Below, one piece after another: positions 24,588 to 36,302 of a stretch of 64,000 nucleotides of DNA. The position numbers and the translations under genes are program-made. Below the pieces are notes generated by a model that saw nothing but the letters and a program-made list of their open reading frames with translations, was not told where the DNA came from and made no database searches. How positions within the stretch are numbered: position 1 is the first letter of the stretch; the number at the start of each line of letters is the position of its first letter. Source of the stretch: Octopus sinensis (lineage: Eukaryota); the NCBI RefSeq assembly GCF_006345805.1, contig NC_043011.1:7378001-7442000 (forward strand), in the 5' to 3' direction.

Positions 24588-26496
24588 TTATTATTACCCA
24601 CAAGGGGCGAACATAGATGGGACAATACAATCGGGAAAATGAATAATGAATTATGAAGTTTGTACAATGTGGTGTAATGCCCACTCGATCCCCGAAATCG
24701 AGCGGTTACATTTCGTCATTTGTTTTTTATTCGTCAACAATATTTTCCAAATAAAAACATTTTACACATTTTCAACATACATTTCAAAAATTTTACAAGT
24801 TCAACATTTCTTTTTTTTTCAGAATTTAAAGTTCTTTTTATCATTTCCAAATTAAAGTTTTCACAATACCTTTTCTTTTATATATACTCCATTATCTCTA
24901 CCAAATCTTGGTAAATTTCCATCGTTCGTGGCCACCTTGTAAGTCGGCATTTCATATGTTTTGTCACGTCTTCCAGCTGCTGCCTCGATGAACTCCTCAG
25001 CGTCGTTCTCGTGGACGAGTGCACCTGTTTCTTTCCATTCGGTGCCCATCCTGACCCACGTATATCCATTTGTTACGTTTATTAAATCTTCCATCTCCTC
25101 ACAGTGCCTGTGATGGATCAACGTTCCATAGTATTTGAATTTTCTATTCGTACCTACGTTTTCTCTAGTTTTTCTTTTCGGACTTACTTCCTCTTTTTTC
25201 TCCTCCCTCGGTTTCTCTCTTTCTCTCTTTTTGCTTTCTCTTCCTTCTTTTCCCTTCTCTTGTCTTTTTGGCTCTTTGTCTGCCGTCTCTCTACCCTGTG
25301 CCTTATGTTCCTTTCCTGTTGTTTCTTTTCCTTTTTGCATACCATCTTTTCCTTTCCCTTGGTTCTGTTCCTTCTCTTGTTCTTTTCCTGCTTTTTCTCT
25401 TTTTCCTTAATGTACTTTCCTTTTCTTTCTCTTGCTTCTGCCTTAGCTCCTTCTCCACTACTTCTGCACCCTGTGAATTTTGTTCTTTTCTACTATCTTC
25501 TTCCCTTTGTTTTCATTTTCCTTCAGTGCGCTGTTACTTCCCTTCTCTGTTGTTTCTCCGTTATTTCCTTTTCCTTGTTTTCGCTGTTCTTTCCTTCGTG
25601 TTCGTTTTCCTTCTCTCCACTTTGTGTCTCTTTTTGCTCCGCTGTGAATTCATACAGCGGACATTCCTTTTTTATGTGCCCTCTTGATCCGCACAGGTAG
25701 CAATTCGGTTTTCTGCCCTCCACTATTACACTAATTGTTTTCTCGTTTTCTATTTCTATTTGGAAGGGAAATCTTTCGATGTCTTCCATTGTGGCCATCA
25801 GCCACAACTCTACTCCAAATCCCTTCCAATTTACAACGTTCGTCTCCTTGATTGACCCTATTTCTACTTCCTCCTTGCTGCCCCAATAATGGCTGTTACC
25901 AGCATTTCTGTTTTAATATCTGGGGGCACCTTTGGGACTCTTACCCGTACCCTCGTCTTCCTTTATACGTCGGCCACATAGTGAAATTTTCGGCTTTCAG
26001 GACAGTGGAAGCCAATGAGGCCGCCACTTCCTTTGTTGCGCATCTCACCTCCACCGTACCATATTTCTTTCCTCTGTCTACAAAAGTCGCTTTTTTCATG
26101 ATGTCCCCCAGACATTTCTCTATTTCTTCAATCGTCACTCTCACCAGTTTTCTCGTGTTTCTATCTTGCGTTCTATACGTTATCGTCTTGTTATTTCTCT
26201 CCTCTATTGTTTCCACAGGCGGGACCAGCTTCATGCTGTCACCCTCCCTTTTGACGAACTTCTCGTATTCCTTCAATTGTTCTTTTCTAAAGAACACTTC
26301 TCTTATTCTAAGAGACTCGTCACTTTTTGTTGTGGCGACCCCCGCGTAAGTCTCCATGACTTGAGGGTCGACACACCTTCTATAAAAGGTTCAAACAATC
26401 AGCGGCAAACGCCTCGCGCGATTCAATATTTTGACAATTTTTAACAGTTTGTTTTCAAATTTTCACATACAAAATAACTCAATACACACGTGGATT
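24588..26496 (-). mobile_element. ORF1-only non-autonomous Tx1 derivative (about 1.9 kb)
   Basis: ORF1 runs 26357->24861 with two frameshifts (RGKKYGTVEV, KPNCYLCGSRGHIKKEC). It is followed by only ~270 bp of UTR and the same 3' tail as the autonomous element, with no EN/RT. Diverged upstream TSD at 26497-26513. Confidence 0.82.
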
Positions 26497-26513
26497 GCGT
26501 TCCGCCAGGTGTT

Positions 26514-26620
26514 CAAATCTTCTTTTTTCTCTACATTGTATACTTTATAGACAATAGTCTTTTCTTTAATTTAATTTTTTATTATCCATCTGGACTATTC
26601 CATTTCTGCACGCTTATTTT
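26514..26620 (-). pseudogene. Host Tx1 ORF1 remnant, upstream half (KEKTIVYKVYNVEKKEDL)
   Basis: Aligns with KKRRIIYKTFNTTTKMI of the autonomous ORF1 and joins in frame through the TSD to the 19374 half. Confidence 0.65.
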
Positions 26621-27314
26621 ATTTTTAATTTATTCCCATTCATGTGAAACCTCTTATTCAAGTTCAAGTCATTGATGCAATTTTATACCAATTGCTATTT
26701 TTACTTTTGTTATGTTATGATTATATTATACTTTAGTTTGATTTTAATTATTACTTACTACATATAATTCAATTGTTATTATTATTTTTATTGTTAAAGT
26801 GAAAGTATCTAACATAAAATAGGGAAATGTTTTTGTTTCACTTCTAACACGTAATACTGAAATAGTGGAGAAGATATGATATTGCTATGGGCTCGCTCTA
26901 GGCAAGAAGTTGAACATTTTTTTTGCCCATGAAACTACATGGACCCTAAGTAAGGCATGTGTAAAATTTGAATGAAATTGGTTGTGTAGTTCTCAAGTTT
27001 TAGGGAAACAGACAGACACACATTCTCAGTTTTATATATAGAGAGAGATTTATTGAATGAAACACAGAGCATCCTTAAAGAAATACAGTAACGAAAGGTT
27101 TAAAGTCAACTTTGCCTTTCATCCTTTCAGGGTCAACAAATGGGGTTGATTTAATTGGTATCAAAAGGGTTAATGGCATTTGAACTCAGAACGTGCAGTC
27201 GGAAGAAATGCTCCTAAGCATATTGTCCAGTGTGCTAACAATTCATCCCCACCTCTTCCAAGACTTCAGGCCCTTGCGCCTTTTGTAGAAAGGATAATTA
27301 TTATTATTATTATT

Positions 27315-27630
27315 ATTATTACCTCTGCCTTAGCGAAAGCAGAGGTATTGTTTTCAGTTAAGTTTCTTTGTTTGTCCGTGGACAAGATATCTCAAGAACC
27401 ACTGGATGGATTTGGATGAAACTTTCAAGGATGTTTGGCCTCATGACTGGCACGAACTGATTAGATTTTGGGATCAATCCGTTACCAGACAAGAATTCTG
27501 TATTAGTTTTCCTGTTTACTTTCAATGAAGTATTACGAGATATTCTCATTTTAAAAATCATCTCCGGCTAATCGTTGAGAGGATGTTGGTGTTGCCTTGG
27601 TGGAGGATTGCGCTCTCTGATTGCTCTTAT
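27315..27630 (+). mobile_element. Helentron-associated non-autonomous element (HINE/DINE-1-like)
   Basis: 5' attacctctgcc...gcagaggt sub-terminal hairpin; 3' gccttggtggagg...gcgctctctga-tgct; inserted in a T-rich (ATT)n tract. Confidence 0.65.
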
Positions 27631-29255
27631 TGTTGTTTTTATTGTTATTATTGTTATCAAGTTGGTGAGCTGGCAGGATCATTAGCCTGTGGCATAAAAT
27701 GCTTAGTGGCTTTTCTTCTGGTTCTTTATGTTTTGGGTTTAGATTCTGCCAAGGTTGACTTGGCCATTCATTCTTTCAGGGTCAGTAGAAGAACTATCAG
27801 TCGAGCCCTATGGTCAGTGTAATTGGCTTGTCCCTTCTGCTTAAAATTGCTAGCCTTGTACCAAAATGACAAAGTGCATAATTTCTCATGTTCATCGATT
27901 TTGGTGATGACGCTTTTACTGACTGCAGATAACGATGACACACTTTGAACCTCTGTTTCAAATGTAAGGTGTCACCTTAGATAAATTTTCTTACCTACAG
28001 CCTTTGTATTCAATAATAGATATTATACTTTGATCTTAGCTAAACGACCGAGACTAATGCACATGTCACCTGCTGATAAATGATGAGTCATTTGGCTTAA
28101 ATTGCGTCAGTGATCAGGTTGCAGGAGTATCATGAAACTTGAGTTCAAATCCTGCTGTGGTTCCAAATAACAGATCATACTATTCATTGCCATCATCATC
28201 ATCATCATCATTATCACAACATTCACTTTTCCATACTTGCATGGATTGGACAGAATTTGTTGAGGTGAATTTTCAATGGCGGGATGTCACCAACCTCACC
28301 AGTTTCCATAAAAGTTAATATTTCCCCTTGATCGCACATGTTTTCATGAACGATTGGGAATGAAGTACACTGATTGCATGGTGATGACAGTTCCTTGCAA
28401 CAGCTATGTGGTGGTCAGCCTGGAGCTGTAACAGGACACATCTTGCCCTTGCAACATAGAATCCAGTACAACATGTTGCATCGTTGTGTCACTGGCGACT
28501 AAACTGGCACGTCCACTAGGCTTGCTTGAAACCCAGCAGAGCTGAAAGCAAGACCTGTCAAAAGGACAGATGGACCTAAGGTAGGTTCATCAACCATCTA
28601 GCAATACCACTGGCCTTCAGAATTTCCGAGTTGGTGTCTGGCATGCTGGGAAGTCTCTGGGAACGAGGCACCCCTTACCGTTTGTTGAAACATGTCTCTA
28701 TAAGCTGCTTCAAACCCAAGCTACAATGGCTCTGATAATCAATGGTGACTTGGTCATCATATCCTCTGAGATGGTCAGCGGCTGATGGCAAGATGTGGTG
28801 CTATGGATCACATTATCCCTGAGTGTGTACCAATGTGACCAGGGACCACAAGTGAAATTGTATTCCCACTGAAACTCCAATCATAGTTTTTTGGTTGGAG
28901 CCAACTCATCTCCATCTTGGGTAAATGGCACCGAAAGTGCAAGTATGTTCACTTTGCCCAAGGTGCCATACAGTGGGACTGAACCTGAGACTACAAGTTT
29001 GGGAATCAAATTTCTAAACCATGCAGCTATGCCTTGTGGCCCTGAAAATAACTAAGATGACCTCATTAAACGTAAATTTTCATTTTGCTCTGTAATTTAT
29101 TGTTTGGATGAATAGAACCATGACTAGAACAGATTTTATTACCCGCATCCCGTAATCATGGGGATCTTGTGACAACTACTCGCTGTATAATCTAGGTTGT
29201 CAGCAGGTATCATAACAAGATCACTATGACTTTGCGATGTGAGCAATAATTGAGG

Positions 29256-29514
29256 TTGTAGTAAAGATTGTTTGCCAACATAACATTGCAGTCCTGGTTT
29301 AGGACGAATGGTGCTGTAATTTAGCCCCAGGAGACATCGTCTCCAGCTGGGTATACGACATGATCTGTGCCCTTATATTTTCAAACAAGGGAATCTAGCA
29401 AATATAAGCTGGCATATAGCCAGCTGGAGACGATGTCTCCTGGGACTAAATTACAGCAACATTAGTCGTAGACCAGGACTGCCATGTTATGTTGGCAAAC
29501 AATCTTTACTACAA
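29256..29514. mobile_element. MITE/foldback with ~100-bp arms, 140 bp upstream of MLYCD exon A
   Basis: ttgtagtaaagattgtttgccaacataac... mirrored; shares an atttagccccagga motif with 61650-61767. Confidence 0.75.
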
Positions 29515-29656
29515 AGTACTGTTGCTGAATATCTCTCGTGTTGTGAGATTTAAAAATAGTAAGTTTATAATTGAGATTATTGTCAGTATTTTTGTTAAAA
29601 TATAAACGAAATCATATTTTATTTTATTTTGATTTTCTTTTTCCCTGTCTACCCAG

Positions 29657-29794
29657 GTGTGTTGTTTCAATCCGGTGATTAAACTCAGAGTCCGCTCAGT
29701 TTGGAATATGCAAGCCACAAAGTCTGGTCGAATCCTGCTCTTCTTGGAAGATATATTCCATTTGAAGGAAGTTGGACCGTTAGCCAATTCTGAG
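29657..29794 (+). CDS. MLYCD: MLYCD coding exon A ([46 protein letters not shown])
   Basis: ccag|GTG acceptor, GAG|gtgagt donor, 138 nt open, phase 0 matches the next exon. Less conserved N-terminal region. Confidence 0.75.
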
Positions 29795-31250
29795 GTGAGT
29801 TGTTTTGTCTTTATGTTGTTCCTTTTCACAATGTTTTACAATGGGCTCATGGTTTGGGGTTCAGTCCCACTGCGTGACACCTGGTCTTTTACTATAGTCC
29901 CGGTGCACGTTTGAGTGTGCAGGCATGTACTTATATGTCTGTTTTGTCCATGTGTGTCAGTGTGTGTGCTGTGTGTTAGTGATTGTGTGTGTGTGTGCAT
30001 GTGTATGTATATATATATATATATATATTTCAAAATAAAATTCTTTCTTCAGATATTCTTAGACTCCATCTAAGAATATCTGAAGAAGGAATATTATTCT
30101 GAAATATCATTGGACTATGGATGACTAAATTACAACAGGTATACACAGCCCATTGTCTGTGTCATAGTGCATTGTTGTACCATTCAAAACAGTTTTTTCT
30201 TTTACAAACAATACACAATGCTTCAAGCTAACTACAATACTCTCCTATATATATATATATATATATATATACATTTATATATATATATATATATATAACT
30301 GAAGAGATGGTGGCGTGGATTTCCACCTCAGCATCCGAAACTCGGAGTTTTATCATGGCTACCGAATAATTGTCACATATTACATTTACAGATATATATA
30401 TATAGGCGCAGGAGTGGCTGTGTGGTAAGTAGCTTGCTAACCAACCACATGGTTCCGGGTTCAGTCCCACTGTGTGGCATCTTGGGCAAGTGTCTTCTGC
30501 TATAGCCCCGGGCCAACAAATGCCTTGTGAGTGGATTTGGTAGACGGAAACTGAAAGAAGCCTGTCGTATATATGTATATATATATATATATATATATGT
30601 ATATGGGTGTGTGTTTGTGTGTCTGTGTTTGTCCCCCTAGCATTGCTTGACAATCGACGCTGGTGTGTTTACCTCCCCGTCACTTAGCGGTTCAGCAAAA
30701 GAGACTGATAGAATAAGTACTGGGCTTACAAAGAATAAGTCCTGAGGTTGATTTGCCCGACTAAAGGTGGTGCTCCAGCATGGCCGCAGTCAAATGACTG
30801 AAACAAGTAAAAGAGTAAAGAGTAAATATATAAATATATATAAGGATAAGATCGTTAATTTAAAAATGAAATAACGATCTTATCAAGTGGTCAGCATGGA
30901 AAAAATAACCTTCAAAGGTAATAATTATTAAAATTATAAATTAGGGTATCTACGAGATACCACCATGCTGAAAATAGCAGCCACGATCTGACTCTAAAAC
31001 CACCTTAATTGTCTATATAGCAACACGGAGAGAAAACAAAGAGACGAAATGAAACTAGTAAAAAATTACTGGATAATTCTAGATCCTGAGGCACAGGTGT
31101 GGCTGTTAGGTAAGAAGTTTGCTTTCCAACCACATGGTTCTGGGTTCAGGCCCACTGCATGGCATCTTGGGCAAGTGTCTTCTCCTATAGCTTCAAGCTG
31201 ACCAAAGCCTTGTAAGTGGATATGATAGGCAGAAACTGGAAGAAGCCCAT

Positions 31251-31294
<44 letters not shown>

Positions 31295-34200
31295 CAGACA
31301 TATCATCATCATCTAGTGTTTTAAATCTGGGTTTTGTCCCCATTAACAGGGGTGGTCAGATGTACCTCAATGACATAACAACTGAGGTAGGCAGTTGCAG
31401 CCCACCCCAACCTTTGGGCTGGTTGGTGCCCATTCTCCTTTGCTATCATGAGGCTTTTTTGGAGCTGGATTTTCTACAGGGAGCAGGCCCTTGCTTACCA
31501 CCAACCTCAGTTTCTAGACATGAGTGGTCCCAAGACCAAGGCTTTACCATGATTTTTAAGAAATGTGGTGGAAAACTAGCTCAGGAAGGCAGGGACGCTT
31601 CTCCCTGAGACCCATTTCAGAGCCTCCCCTCCCATTTATATATATATATATATATATATATCTATATGTATATACCTGTATATGTATATACCTATATATG
31701 TATATATTTCTGTGTGTGTGTGTCTTATTTCTTTATTGCCCACAAGGGGCTAAACATAGAGGGGACAAACAAGGACAGACAAAGGGATTAAGTCGATTAG
31801 ATCGACCCCAGTGCGTAACTGGTACTTAATTTATCGACCCCGAAAGGATGAAAGGCAAAGTCGACCTCGGCGGAATTTGAACTCAGAACGTAGCGGCAGA
31901 CGAAATACAGCTATGCATTTCGCCCGGCGTGCTAACGATTCTGCTAGTTCGCTGCCTTCTGTGTGTGTGTTTGTGTGTACCTTGGTGTGTGCATGTATAT
32001 GAGCTTGTGAGTGTGTTTGTATGTGTATGTTGATGTTTGGCATGCATTGGTGTTTATATATATATCTGTGTATACATTGGTATGTGTGTATGCATATGAG
32101 TTGTGTGTGTCAGTGTGTGTGTGTTGGTGTTTATAATATGTCTGTGTCTGTACCTCATGTATGCTTGTGTGCACGTGTGTGTGTGTGTGTGCATGTGCAT
32201 GTATGTGTGTGCATGTGTGTGTATGTGTGCATGTGCATGCAAGTGTGTGTGTGTGTGCGCACATGCATGTGTGTACATAAAGAGGAGAACAATGGTTTTT
32301 TTGCTAAAGTATTCCATTGTTCTTTTAACATTTTAAAGGGAACGATGCTGTGACTTGTATGTAACAAGCGACCTTGTGACACAGTTTGTGCCATTGTGCT
32401 TCGTTATCTGAAGTGATTAATTGAAGCAATTGAAACAGAGCGTACAAACACACACACGTTTGTGTGGTAGATCTCTGTTATTCGGCGGTGAGCTGGCAGA
32501 AACGTTAGCACGCTGGGCGAAATGCTTAGCTGTATTTCGTCTGCTGCTACGTTCTGAGTTCAAATTCCGCCGAGGTCCACTTTGCCTTTCATCCTTTCGG
32601 GGTCGATAAATTAAGTACCAGTTACACACTGGGGTCGATGTAATCGACTTAATCTCTTTGTCTGTCCTTGTTTGTCCCCTCTGTGTTTAGTCCCTTGTGG
32701 GCAGTAAAGAAATAAGATCTCTGTTATTCGACGATGGGCAGCCAGCTGTTGATTCACCTGAATTACCTGTAATTTGTTACATTGTAACCCACCGTCACTG
32801 TGTGTTACTCTTTGTTACATTCTCCTTTCTTATGATGCTCATTTATTTCTGTTGTTGTGTCGTGTCATTATATTGTACTTCCTAATTAATTGCAGTGTTA
32901 CGTAGAATCATTTGAACCCTTTTCATACCTATTTCTTTACTACCCACAAGGGGCTAAACACAGAGGGGACAAACAAGGACAGATACACGGATTAAGTCGA
33001 TTATATCGACCCCAGTGCGTAACTGGTACTTATTTAATCGACCCCGAAAGGATGAAAGGCAAAGTTGACCTCAGCGGAATTTGAACTCAGAATGTAACTG
33101 CAGACGAAATACGGCTACGCATTTCGCCCAGTGTGCTAATGTTTCTGCCAGCTCACCGCCTTTTCATACCGATGCCCTTCTCAGGGTATGTTCCTGTGTG
33201 TATTGCAGCATCATCGTCCCAGATGCGGAAACGGTTCTCCAGCATCAATCAGAAGATAATTTATCAGTTAGCTCAAATGTTTATCCATCAACATCGTCAT
33301 CATCATCATCATCATGCTTCCATTTTCCATGCTGGCGTTAGCTAAAACAGTTTGACAGGGGCTGGCAAGACTGGAGAGCTGCACCAGGTTCCAGTCTGTT
33401 TTGGCTTGGTTTCCATGGCTGGATGCCCTTCTTCCTCATGCCAACCACTACATAGAATGGACTGGATGCCTTGTACATGTCAGCTGGATGAAATACTTAG
33501 CGGTAGTTTACCTGCCGCTACACTCTGATTTCAAATTCCGCTGAGGTTGACTTTGCTTTTCATCCTTTCGGGGTCGATAAATTAAGTACCAGTTAAGTAC
33601 TCTGGCAGATGTGATCAACTGTCCCCCTCCCCTCAAAATTCAGGCCTTGTGCCTCTAGTAAAAAGGATGATTATTATTATTATTATTATTATTGCCTTTG
33701 CACAGCTTCTAATGCTGGAGATGTACTACGGTGTCAGCTGTTCACTACTGGTGAACTAAGGTAACACCCCTTATTTTTCGAGCACCTTCCGGTGTATTTG
33801 AGCGGTTTCAAGTAGTGCTGTTTTCTGCAAGTGCTCCACCTTTATTGCAGCCCCTATTATTATTATTATTATTATCATTCAGTAGTTTTATTATTATTAT
33901 TCAGTAGTTTTATTTTTATAGCGTGCTTTCACTTCACTACCGAGCGCAGCTCTGTGTGCCTTGGCTATGTGCTGTGGTTTGTTGTGATGCTCTTACGGTT
34001 ACTGTATTGAAAGTGTTTTGCATAGGATGTGCACAGTGCCCAGTAGTCCAATTTTCTGTATGTTAAATATATTTGTAAGTCCTGGTGTTTTTTTGTTATG
34101 TATTTGTCTGAATATTTTTTTATTATACCTAATGCGCCTACTATGACAGGAATTGTTTCTGTTTTTAGATTCCACATTCTGTTTACCTCTATTTCCAGGT

Positions 34201-35088
34201 CTTTGTATTTTGAAAGTTTCTATTATTATTATTATTATTATTATTTTTCTGATTACTATGACTACTACTACTATTATTATTATTTTACCCCAAATTGGCC
34301 CTAATCAAGAAAATCCATGATCAAGAATATCTGCACCATGACCATCCTGAGTTTTCTTTCATGCAAAGTTTACCTAAGACTACATTGTCTGATGTGTTTT
34401 ACCGTATTTAAGACAGCAGATTTTTAATGTGAGGAAGTTTTGGCCGTAGATTGATTGAGCGATCATGTACACGCTACGGTCGTTGGACCCTGTTTTTCTT
34501 GTTTTGAAACCTGCAGTTTGGTAAGACGTGGCATTCCAATTGGTTAAAGCTGCCTTTGTTTCTGTTTCTTCAGAGAAAATGTAAAGCCTTTTGCACGTTC
34601 TATGAGAAGCTGATGCCCCAAGAGAAGAGTGTATTTCTTCAGATTCTATCTCGAGATTATGGTATAAATCAGGAACTAGTGATGAAAACATCAAGGAACT
34701 TCATAAGTTCCAAGGTATGTACAGCTTTCAGCTTTAATTTTAAGAATCACACACACACACACACACATACACTCATGCGCACACACTCATGGCCGTGTGG
34801 TTAAGCAACTCGGTTAGCAACCATGTTTCAAGTTCAGTCCCACTACACAGTACCTTGAGCAAGTGTCTTCTACTATGGTTCTGGGTCAACCAATGCTGTA
34901 TGAGTGAATCTGGTAGATAGATGCTGTTTGCGTAAAGGCATCAAGCAATCTGCCTTTCCCTCTGAGAGAGAGGGCCTTTGTTGCCAGCAGGGGTAGGACC
35001 TACCTGAACTTTGCTATATACGTATATGTATGCATGTATATATATGTGTGGTGTATGTATATATGTATGCGTGTGTGTGTGTATGTAT

Positions 35089-35138
<50 letters not shown>

Positions 35139-35384
35139 TATATATATACTTATTTAAAGCAGCAGAAAATTCAACAAAACCTGTTACTCTGAGTTTTCCG
35201 TTGCCGTTCAGCAAAAACTGTCCGATGAACGGCAACGGGAAATTCAGAGTAACAGGTTTTGTTGAATTTTCTGCTGCTTTAAATAAAGCATATTACTCTA
35301 CCACTGGTATTTGAGTACTCTTTTTTCCACCTTGTTTCACATTTATGTGTTCACTCCGGTATATATATATGATGATGATGATGA

Positions 35385-35442
<58 letters not shown>

Positions 35443-36265
35443 GCATGTATATATATGTATGTGCATGTATATATATGTATGTGTATGTATATATATGTGT
35501 GTGTCTGTATATATATGTATGTGTCTGTATATATATGTATGTGTATGTATATATATGTATAAATATATGTATATGTGTGTGTATATATATATATATATAA
35601 GAAAGTTGGTTTGTGAAAGCACGTGGGTGAATATATAGAAAATAGTAAAGAGTGAAAAAACTACAGAAGGCTTAAATGTTAAAAAATATATATATTTGCG
35701 TCAATATGTCTGAAGAATATTAGAAAATTAAAAAAAAAATTTTTTCTCTTATAATGACATAATTTAAAAGAAAGACCAGTTTCGCGTGTAGCTTTTCAAA
35801 TTTCTTGCGACGTTATGTTTATGTTGAATAGAGTTTTCGTTATGTTTATGATCAGGAGAGTTCTAAATAAGGGAAGGTAGTGAGTGATTTCTTCCGGTGT
35901 AAGGGAGATAATCGCTTAAAAATTTTTTCCTTTCCCTTGGTGTGAATTTCTCTGTATCAGTATGTTCGGATGGTTGAGTCTGGGCTTGTACTTTTCAATG
36001 AAGAATGTTTCCTTGTTTAGTCTAATTTGTGTTGATGATCCGAAAGCACATTGGTAAAATGGAAAGATTAAAAATTGTGGTAGTAGTTGCTTTGCGCATT
36101 TCTCAATGTGCTCACTAAAAGGTATCATTCTATATTCTGGGAATGCAATCTGTTGTCGATGCAGTGTGCATCTATGTCTGAGTGATAGTCCTGTGGAACC
36201 CACGTAGTCTTGGTGGCAGCCCGAGCATTTTATGACATAAATTATGTTTTCAGAGGCACAAGTAA

Positions 36266-36302
<37 letters not shown>

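Noticed and set aside
19375-24632. 63-bp direct repeats read as LTRs or as one giant TSD
   Set aside because: They resolve into a shared 45-bp LINE 3' tail plus an 18-bp TSD, and the enclosed ORFs are non-LTR type.
26800-27050. Helitron-like 3' end, and the actagc..gctagt hairpin at 18935-18975
   Set aside because: Suggestive termini only; the matching other end was not identified, so no feature was called.
28430-28930. Degenerate transposase or DIRS fragment (LHRCVTGD on plus; KASGIARW on minus)
   Set aside because: Only isolated short motifs amid stops, and the two strands give conflicting assignments.
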